A program made the position numbers and the translations under genes. The notes under the pieces were generated by a model that searched no databases, had not been told where the DNA came from, and was given only the letters and a program-made list of their open reading frames with translations. A DNA stretch of 64,000 nt. Origin: Rhynchopus sp. YZ270_cl-10 (Eukaryota). Location of the stretch: the NCBI GenBank assembly GCA_964035575.1, contig OZ037839.1:1240001-1304000 (forward strand), read 5' to 3'. Positions within the stretch are counted from its first letter, which is position 1; each line of letters opens with the position of its first letter. Positions 54,782-64,000 of the stretch are shown in pieces.

Positions 54782-56158
54782 ATGGAACTGAATATCGAGG
54801 GCTTGGGGAAGGACTTCGTGATTGAGGTGGGTGAGAACGACACAACGGAGACGATGCGGCAGAAGGTGGCGTCTGCAACAGGGTTGTGCGAAGACAGCTT
54901 CCGCATGGGCTTCGGAGGGAAGGAGGAAGGAGAGGACATCACAGAACTGAGTGCTGGAGACACAGTCGTGTTGACGAAAACGATGAAGTACGAAGCCATA
55001 TCAGCTCTTCATGCATTGGGTGAGACAGACATCACAGCAGAAAGGTTGCAGCAGGTGGAGGATCCGAAGGTGGCCAGCTTGCTTCTTCAGGCAGAAGTTG
55101 CGACTGAGTTTCCAGAAAACTTCTTCTCAGGTAGTGACGTAACGCGCATTGGTTTCAGTTGCGTACCCAATGTGGATGACAACTGTGGCATCACACTGCA
55201 CCTGCCTGCATTACCCTGCGTCACCACGATTGGTGACGGGTTTCTCTCCTCCTGCGAAACGTTGTCGAAAGTCGACCTCAGCTGCCTGAATTCAGTCACC
55301 ACGATTGGTGACTTTTTTCTCTCCGACTGCACAACGTTGTCGGAAGTAGACCTGACCGGCTTGCAAGCAGTCACCGCGATTGGTCACGGGTTTCTGTCCT
55401 CCTGCGAAACGTTGTCGGAAGTGGACCTCAGCTGCCTGAATTCAGTCACCGCGATTGGTGACTGGTTTTTCCACGGCTGCACAACGTTGTCGAAAGTAGA
55501 CCTGACCGGCCTGCAAGCAGTCACCACGATTGGTGACAGTTTTCTCTCCTCCTGCGAAACGTTGTCGAAAGTGGACCTGACCGGCCTGCAAACAGTCACC
55601 ACGATTGGTGACTGGTTTCTCCACGGCTGCACAACGTTGTCGGAAGTAGACCTGACCGGCCTGCAAGCACTCACCACAATTGGTGACAGGTTTCTCTACA
55701 ACTGCACAACGTTGTCGGAAGTTGACTTCACCGGCCTGCAATCAGTCACCACGATTGGTAACGATTTTCTCTCCTCCTGCACAACGTTGTCGAAAGTTGA
55801 CTTCAGCGACCTGCAAGCAGTCACCACGATTGGTGGCAATTGTCTTTACAGCTGCACAACGTTGTCGAGAGTCAACCTGTCCGGCCTGCAAGCACTCACC
55901 ACGATTGGTGACAGTTTTCTCTACAACTGCACATCGTTGTCGGAAGTAAACTTCACCGGCCTGCATTCAGTCACCACGATTGGTGACGATTTTCTCTCCT
56001 CCTGCACAACGTTGTCGAAAGTGGACCTGACCGGCCTGCAAGCAGTCACCGCGATTGGTGATGATTTTCTGTCCTTCTGCACAAGGTTGTGTATAGTGGA
56101 CGGAAGGGACAAGTGTAGCAACGTTGTACGCAGCAGACTAGATGACGTTGGTTTATAG
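54782..56158 (+). CDS. UBL-LRR family B protein copy B3 (458 aa, 12 LRR units)
   Basis: Same architecture; exactly 7 x 25 aa longer than B2. Confidence 0.88.
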   Translation: MELNIEGLGKDFVIEVGENDTTETMRQKVASATGLCEDSFRMGFGGKEEGEDITELSAGDTVVLTKTMKYEAISALHALGETDITAERLQQVEDPKVASLLLQAEVATEFPENFFSGSDVTRIGFSCVPNVDDNCGITLHLPALPCVTTIGDGFLSSCETLSKVDLSCLNSVTTIGDFFLSDCTTLSEVDLTGLQAVTAIGHGFLSSCETLSEVDLSCLNSVTAIGDWFFHGCTTLSKVDLTGLQAVTTIGDSFLSSCETLSKVDLTGLQTVTTIGDWFLHGCTTLSEVDLTGLQALTTIGDRFLYNCTTLSEVDFTGLQSVTTIGNDFLSSCTTLSKVDFSDLQAVTTIGGNCLYSCTTLSRVNLSGLQALTTIGDSFLYNCTSLSEVNFTGLHSVTTIGDDFLSSCTTLSKVDLTGLQAVTAIGDDFLSFCTRLCIVDGRDKCSNVVRSRLDDVGL

Positions 56159-56453
56159 GGGCAGTAAAGAAAGCGGGAGTGGGAATTGGGGTGTTAGGAT
56201 TATTGGGTGTGTTTGGGCGGGTCGAGTAGTACCCCCACGGTGGTTCTTCAGCAAAAAAAGAAAAGTGTCTTCTGTCACGCGACGGGACATTGTGTTTTTT
56301 TTTACACACACACTCTCTCTCTTTCTCTTTCTCTCTCTGGCTACGGTATCTGAAGTGTTTTATCTCACACCTCCTTCATTTCCCTGAAACCCATCCTTGA
56401 CATAATCATTTCAGAATTTACACACTTTTTTATTCTCCTTTTTTGTTGCTTCT

Positions 56454-57922
56454 ATGCCGTCATCGATAGATGCATTTACACAAGCATGCAAGGAGCGAGG
56501 TATGAGGAAGCCCAGTTCTGCCATTAAGAAGATTCTTGTGGAGGACGAGCTCCTGGCTTTAGAGGAGCTGCCCCTTGACGATGTGTACGTGGGGAACCGC
56601 GGGCTGATGGCGCTGCTCGATGTGATTGAGAAGGCGCCGAATTTCAGAAACCTGAACCTGGCCTCGCAGAAGCTGTACAACGGCGACCTCTCGCCTGACA
56701 GCGTCAAGGGCAACGAAGTTGTGGACCGTGTCGTTGAAGTCGCGACACACCACCCTAAACTCACATCGATAGACCTCTCACGCAACCCGCTGTCAAATTT
56801 TGCGGGCCGAAAGCTGCTCCAGTTGGTCACTTCAAACAAAAGGGTATGTCTTAGAGAGGAGGTAGGGGGAGGGAGAGAGAGGGGGTCTAGGGAATAGAGT
56901 CGAATACGAAGAATGGTGTTTTGTCCCCTCCTGTGTCGCGGTGCAGAAGGAGGGCTGAAAAAAAAAAAAAATACAGTGACGTTAGTGGTGGCTAAATAAA
57001 CCGTTCTCTACTTTTTTTTTTTTTAAAATATGCCACGCACTCACAGATCCTGGGCATCTCGCTCGAAGACACGCGCATTGATAACGACCTCCTAGATCAC
57101 ATCAACATCAGGTGCGACAAGAACCTCAAGGTATTTCCCACAAATTTGGTTTCCAGCTCAAAAGAAGTTGAAAAGAAGTTTGTGTTCTACCGTCTGAAGA
57201 AGAACCCAACCGATTCAGACCCAAAACCTTTGTATTTTAGTGTGATCTGGGTGAGGAAGCGTTCCAACTTTTCAATATCTCACCCATTTTTTCTATTCGC
57301 GATTTTTTCCCCACCTCGTTTTTAGAATCAACAAAGTGTGTACATTAAGATTGTTTTTTTATTTGCTTTATCTTAATCATATTTGTAATATTTGTGTGGA
57401 AGAGTCGACGCATCAAGTCAACTTCAAGAAGGGGTGAGGAAATGACAAGCAACACTTTTCGGTCACAACAGACCTATTGCCCAGGAACCAACGGTACAGC
57501 CTCAGAAAAGTCCGACTCAGAAACCGGTTTTGTGTTCCTAAAAAAAGACCCATATTTCCCCCTACACAACCCATAGGTTTATTGGGAGAAGAAGAACGAC
57601 ACGGAGTGTGGTGAGCCTGATGACGAAGGCGAGTTCGGTACCGCGCAGTTCGTCCACCCGCAGGAGAAGGCGCCGTGCCTGCAGGGAATTGGTGGCGGTG
57701 TGCGGAAGCGTACGGTATCTATCCCCATGCAAAGCTCCCCACCCCCCCACGGTGATATTCAAAAAAAAAAAATTTTTATTTATCAAAAACTCCCCACGGT
57801 GACCATCCCCACCCCCACCCATTTTTTGTATGAGTGGAAGACGGCTGTGGGCATATCAGATGGTATCCTCAAAAAATGGATGTGGGTATAGGGTTCCGGC
57901 CATACTGTTGTATTTCAAGATT

Positions 57923-57958
<36 letters not shown>

Positions 57959-60900
57959 TTTGTAAATCAAGGTACTTGACAATAGGAAATAGAAACGACG
58001 GAAGGTGCGTGCCCGCCAGCTTGTGTTTTCTCTCATTATTTTTTCTCTCTCATACAACGCACACTTCAGCGAAAAAACACAACAAGCTTGCGGAGCGATA
58101 AACGAAAAAGTTGTTTTTCATTGTTTTCTTTTTATTCAGAACCGGAAGTTAGTTTCTATTTTGGCGTGTTTTTTTTTTTTTTTTTTTAACCCTTTAGACC
58201 CCAGATACCCATATATGGGTAGCAGAATGGCGCCATACAATTAGGAATATTCTACTCAAAATGGGAAAAACATTTTTTATATTTTGAAAGATTTTGCGCC
58301 GATCTTTCAAAAGAAGCAAGAATCGAAAAGTTTTATGCATCTAATATTTTTTTGGATGCTGGGGGGAAAGCGGAGCTGCCACGGAAAATCATGTTTTTTG
58401 ACCAACACCCCCTGAAATAACCCTCCTAATACCACTAAGCTATTACTGGGGTTCTACTCAGTTTCAGAAAAACATTTTTTTATATTTTGAAAGATTTTTC
58501 ACCGATCTTTCAAAATACGCCATCTAAGAACACTTTTATGCATCTGGGTTTTCCTTGGATGCCGGGGAGCGTGGAAAAGTACGAAAAAAGGGTCACTTTT
58601 CAGAGCCTCCATGTGATCAAAAATTTTCTACTCGTTTTCGTGAAAACACTTTTTTTGTGTGGAAAGATTTTGTTCAAATCTTTCAAAATACGCAAAAATC
58701 GAAAACTTTTATGCATCGGTGATATCCTCGGATTTTGGTGAGATTTTACCACCAATCACGGGTTTAAACGTTGCTAAGGTCGTAAGGCTAGTAGAGTTGA
58801 TAAGTGGGGTTCTACTCATTTTCGTGAAAAGATTTTTACATATTTGGAAAGATTTGATGTCAAATCTGTCAAAAGAAGCAAGAATCGAAAACTTTTGTGC
58901 ATATGAGTGCACTTTGGAAGTCCGTGAGAACCACCACCAAAATCACTGTTTTTCTGACTATCCTTTGCCTTATTCCCACCCAAAACACACTAGAAGCCGG
59001 GTTTTCACTATTTTTTCGTATTGCAGGGTGCTTTTTTTGTGAATTTTCAGCTCACAGGGTCGTTCTGACCCATTCTGGGGGTGTTTCGGGCCTGTAGATG
59101 CCAAAAAACGTGAAAAAATCGCAGTTTTACGTTGTGTAGTGGTGTTTCAGTGTAAATCGTTAGGGAAATCGATTTTTAGACATGCTGTCAACAGAGCTAC
59201 ACTCATCTAAGTTGGGTTCCACTAGGACTTTTTGCTCGATTTTTTTTTCTTTGGAAAGATTTTGTGGCGAATCTTTCAAATAACGCCATTTTCGGAGAGG
59301 AATAATTTAGGGATATCCCCTCGCTCGGCTGGACGAGTAAAAAATCGAAAGGTGGATTTTGTGCTCACCTCATTTTGGGGATAATATTTTTTTTCGAAAA
59401 AAAACTTAAAAAAATGGAATTGAAAGCCGTGTTCAAAATCTTTCAATTGCGGCCAGGTACGATCAAAAATTTGCATCTGGGGTCCCTTTACCGGTTGGAG
59501 AGCCCCAAAAACCAAAACTCAAAAGTGGGTCCAAAAAACGGCTTGGGGTCTAAAGGGTTAAATTTCTAAAAGTCAGGGGAGTTTAAAAGTTTGGATTTTT
59601 TTCAAAAAAATCGGTTTGAGGTAAAAAATCGGTTTGGTCAAAAAAAAAGCGAATTCCGAGCTTTCTCGCCCCCCCACGGGCCCCACCCCCCACCCTTCAT
59701 CCCTTAACAACTTTTTTCGATTTCTGTTCCTTTTTTAAAACTTTTCTTACTGGGGGGGGGGGCTAATAAAGTATACGGTGCTAATAAAGTATACGGGGGT
59801 AATAAAGTATACGGTGCGGAAACCCATTTTGAGCGTGTAAATCTGTGAAATAAAGTATACGGTTTTTGTGTACATTTTTCTTACTAAAAAATTTTTACAG
59901 CAATTTTTGCACAAAAAATCGGAATTTTCAACTTACCTTCCTTCACCCCCCTGTAAGGGTAACCGTAGGTGAAGTAAGGTATAGTATTGAAATCGATGTG
60001 GGGGGGGAGTAAAGGGTCAATTTTACAAAACCAGATTTTGAGGAAAATTTTAGCCGAAAATGGGCCCCACGTATAAGCAACCGGGCTCATATTTCTCAAA
60101 ATTTAAGTGGTCAAAAAATTGTCCAATTTTCGAGATTGACCCCACCACTGCACGGGCGGAGCCCAAAAATGCAAATAAGTACCCTTTTTAATTTGTTCTC
60201 TTGAAATGTGTAATTTCATGTTTTCGCGAAAAAAATTACAACTGATCCTACAAGGGTTGAAGGAAGGTGGTTGAAAACAACAATAACAACAAGGACAAGT
60301 AATTGCTAAGAAAAAACGGGGTGTGCTGTGGAAAACTCCGCGCGATTTTCGAAACCACCGTAGCATCCTGGCGATTTGCTGGAGGTGCTGATGCGCCTGG
60401 TGTGATCGATGTGTTGTAGTCTGTGCATTCTGTGTTCCTTCCGCACTGCTCCAACGACGACGACAATGTGGGGACCCTGTGGACAAAAACGAGCTGGACC
60501 ACGCCGAGCCTGCCGAGCGGGCGTCCAACAACGCTATCGAGCAGATGGTGCTGGACGAAGAGGACAGCCCCCCTTCTTGAACGTTTCTGCTGGCGTCCCA
60601 GTGGGTCTGGCAGCGTACGAAGAGCGTTAGCATACCTGCAGAAGAGCAGAATGCTGGGCGTGTTGTAGATTATTTCTACAGGATGGAGTTCCACATCACA
60701 CCCCGTTTTTTTTCCGATAGCAATTACTTGTTTTTTTTTGATTTCGGTGGTCCGGATTCTGTGCGTGCTGTGATGGGGTCACTTTGAGCTGAGAAACGAG
60801 TATTTTTGACCTAAAACGCGTGTATCAGTTTTTACACGATTGGTGCTGACGGGGTTCAGATTTGTGAAAATTTAAGTCACCAAAAAATTGTTCATTTTTC

Positions 60901-63900
60901 CACATTGACCCCACCACTGGCTGGGATTGGCCCAAAAATGCCAATGGTGGTGTTTTCGCGAGGTTTCGGCCACTAGAAACCCCAAAATAACAGTGATTTT
61001 TTTTTTTTTTTTTCCTTTTTCGTTTTTTGGCCATTTAAGCAGTAATTCCCGCCGAATAAAGTATACGTATACTTTAATAGCTCCCCCCCAGTACAAAAAG
61101 TGAATTTTTGAGGCGGGTTGTAAATAGCAAGAATTTAGTTTTGCTGATCATTAACGCTCCCTCTTGATGGTGGTTGATGTACGCAAAGATCTGAACAGAA
61201 ACGAACAGGCACCCACGAACAGAACGCAACGAACGCATCCAACACAACTCAACCGATCTGAATGCATCGAACGGAACCCAAGCAACGCAACGAGTGGTTA
61301 CAAACCGCAGCCCACCTTCGGTACCCCGCAAGTGCGTTTCCGGCGCCACATACACGGGTCTGGGCCCAAAAAACCGGGTTTTGGGCTGAAACTCGTGGTT
61401 TTCGGTGAAAAACGCCCGCTTTGCCTTAAGGAACGCACGTTTCTGAAGCGTTTCCCACGTAAACTCGCGACACGAAAATAGGAATTAAAAACAAATCTCT
61501 CAGAAAACTGTATTCTAAATACCTCATTTTTTTGGCCCAATCTTTCCCACCGAAAAAATCTTACACTTTGGTCCTCTGCGTGAAATGTCGATTTTTGGTG
61601 GACCCCGTACGGGGGGTGTAGGTACAGGGTGCGTAGCAAAAGCAACCTTACAAACCTTAACACAGAGTGTTAAGGAATTTTTGAGGGATGGGGTTATCCC
61701 TCAGGGCCTCACTTCCCCCTTCCTCTCTCACTCATGTTTGGCTTCTCCGAGCTCCGTCCGTCAAATGGTGGGGTCACATTATCTGCAAAAACAGGATTTT
61801 TCTGGCCAGAAACCCTGTTACGAGGAAAAAAAATTTTTTCTCAAAAATCCAGATTTTCCATAGCTTTTTTTTTTTTTTTTTTCAAAATCCTCAAACAGAG
61901 ATGGAGATAGATTTGGGATTTTCAAAAAAGACCCGGTTTGACCCGGTCTGAGCTTTTTGGGGTCAAAAAAAAAAAATTTCGCGCTGCGCGCGAAAATGAC
62001 ACTGCACGTGCGACCTGGTTGTTACACTTCTTTGGCGGGGAACTTGCGCAACAGCGTTTGTGCCTTGATGAAGGGGAGTAGGGTCCATGTTCCCCCGTTG
62101 TGCAGCACACCGAACTTCACGCACTCGGCAAAAGTGGATTTCTCGGCGGTCATGGCCCCAAAGGTTCCTGGCGAAGCCACGGTACGCAACATTTCAAAAA
62201 AAAATGCGCTTAAAATTGTACATTTTGGGGTGGGTTGCAAGCTTGCGCCGCAGGCGCACGGTACACTACTTTTATTATTTCGCCATGCTGCATGCTTCCT
62301 TTTGCTTCGGCGTTTGACTAATTGAGTCGCGTTCTGGCTGTGACGGGGTCACTTTGTTCATGAGGCCATTTCTGGTCACTCTCAGAGGCTCGTGTGAGGT
62401 ACCAAAAAAAATCGATTTTCTCCCAAAATTGCAAATCCCATTTTTTTTTTTTTTTTCCAGACCGGGTTTTTCGCCAAAATCCCATTTTTTTTTTTTGACC
62501 CGGTTTTGAAACCGGGTCAATAGACGCACCTCCACCCCTGTCCTCAAACCGAATTTTTCGGTTTTTGAAACCGGTAAACCGATATTTTAAACTCCCCTGC
62601 TAAAAGTGCAAGAAATTAGGAACCTCATTTTATTTTTTACCCTCCCCCAGCAGGTTTGAATGGTGTACTTCAGACTTTGCTTCTTACTCAAATATTCTCT
62701 ATCGCCCCTCACCATACCCAATACCCCTCTTCCACTCTTCAGGTGATGGGCGTCTCTACCGACAAAAACAAAGTCAAAGCGTTCAAAGCGCGGGTCATAC
62801 CAAAGGACGCAGAGGATGTATGTGCATGCTTGTATATATCTACTAGAGTTATTGCCTTTTACTCTTTTCTTCGCCTTTTTTTAAATATACGGATTGATTT
62901 ATCTATCTTTGCATGAGCTTGGCTGAGCTGCATTTGGGCAGGTTTCAACTACTCTTTTTCTTTATATATTTTGCCACCTATGTATTGCTGGCACACTTTG
63001 TTACAACAATCCTAACGTGCAGAGCGACCCCATTCCATCAAAAGCTCTCTCACCAACCTTTTATTTATCTCACTTTCTATTTTATGATGCAATGCTAAAA
63101 GGAAATTGAACACCGTACCCTACTCCCATCCTTTTTCCATTTTTCTAATCCGGGGTGGGTTGGAGTAGAGCCACATTTCACCGACAGGTCGAGGTGTGTG
63201 CGTTTCACCACAACCTCTCCCTTTTGTCTTTATTGTTTTTATTGCTTTATTGTTTTCGGGGGTGGGGGAAAAACATAAAAAGGAAAAGTAGGGTGCGGTT
63301 TCAATTTCCCCGGATTAACTTTAGAGATACCACAAAATGGATTGTAGGACTGCATGGTTGGGTGTCCACCCCCCCGTACCAAAGGTACACTGTTCACGAG
63401 AGCTTTGTATTGCAACTCTACTTTATATTAATTCACTCTATCCGTCCCCTCCCCACTACCCTCAGGAATCACTGATCTGGGACCTGCTGCGAGACAACCT
63501 GCTCTTCAGCCACTTGGACCGCAACACAATGAAGGTCGTTGTCGGTGCATGCATCAAACGTTCCTTCGCTAAGGGCGACAAGCCTATCGAGGAAGGCGAC
63601 GAGGGCAACACACTCTACATCATCGTAAAGGGAACATGCAATGTGCTGAAGCGTGGGATGCTTGTCTGTCAAAAGGCGGAGCGGACTGTCTTTGGGGAGT
63701 TAGAGATTATGTACAGCACACCCTGCGTGGCGACGATCCAGGTGGACAGCGAGGAGTTGGTGGTGTTTTGTCTGGACCGTGATACCTATGCGAATTTGGT
63801 GGTCGGATACAGCATCAAAAAGCGTGAGGAGTATGAGGAATACCTCGGCCGCGTGGAGTTCCTTTCGACGCTGTCGACATACGAGAAGCTGCAGCTCTCA

Positions 63901-64000
63901 GACGCAATGACCACAGACGAATACGAAGAAGGTGAGTACATCATCAGACACGGTGACATCGGGGAGTGGATGTTCCTTGTTGTCTCAGGCGTCGTCGAAG
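56454..64000 (+). CDS. PKAR: Euglenozoan-type PKA regulatory subunit (N-terminal LRR, inhibitor site, CNB-A, start of CNB-B); exons 56454-56843, 57047-57130, 57577-57714, 62743-62817, 63466->64000
   Basis: YVGNRGLMALLDVI...QKLYNGDL...DSVKGN...LSRNPLSNFAGRKLL, DTRID and IGGGVRKRTV resemble trypanosomatid PKAR as I recall it; CNB motifs LYII.KG, FGELEIMYSTPCVAT, LDRDTY, YEKLQLSDA; four phase-0 GT-AG introns join in frame. Confidence 0.92.
58190..59557. mobile_element. piggyBac-like non-autonomous element in PKAR intron 3
   Basis: TIR CCCTTTAGACCCCA; TTAA on both sides. Confidence 0.92.
59750..61091. mobile_element. TA-targeting (Tc1/mariner/pogo-like) non-autonomous element
   Basis: TIR CTGGGGGGG..GCTA(A/T)TAAAGTATACG; TA flanks; repeated AATAAAGTATACG subterminal motif. 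Confidence 0.8.
61896..62540. mobile_element. hAT-type MITE nested in 59574-62599
   Basis: TIR CAG(A/G)G(A/G)TGGAG; 8-bp TSD TCCTCAAA. Confidence 0.82.

Larger units (their letters stand above)
59574..62599. mobile_element. hAT-type non-autonomous element in PKAR intron 3
   Basis: 15-bp TIR CAGGGGAGTTTAAAA; 8-bp TSD CTAAAAGT. Confidence 0.92.

Noticed and set aside
60360..60690. Coding-like segment within the TA-targeting element
   Set aside because: Interrupted by stops and has no identifiable domain

Overview
Eukaryotic nuclear DNA, most likely from an intron-containing euglenozoan such as a diplonemid. This is inferred from a kinetoplastid-type LRR-PKA regulatory subunit split by GT-AG introns, and from all host genes lying on the + strand. 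The window is dominated by eight members of an intronless gene family that fuses a ubiquitin-like (UBL) domain to 25-aa LRRs. These genes share a conserved UBL cassette (164 bp identical between copies of the two subfamilies), have hypervariable residues at fixed LRR positions, vary from 5 to 25 repeats in subfamily B, and carry swappable termini (FG-rich tail, transmembrane tail, B-box/coiled-coil head). Single-copy genes are a 1672-aa secreted protein of unknown function, DDX20/Gemin3 (3 exons), a GH18 di-N-acetylchitobiase, and a PKAR whose first binding pocket has the cAMP-independent signature known from trypanosomatids. Intergenic DNA and introns are packed with transposons: an intact hAT with a 5-bp TSD, hAT, piggyBac, CAC-terminal and TA-targeting non-autonomous elements nested up to four deep, Crypton-like hairpin elements, a non-coding element with long direct terminal repeats, and a (GTACCCA)99 array. 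All calls were made by eye without database searches.
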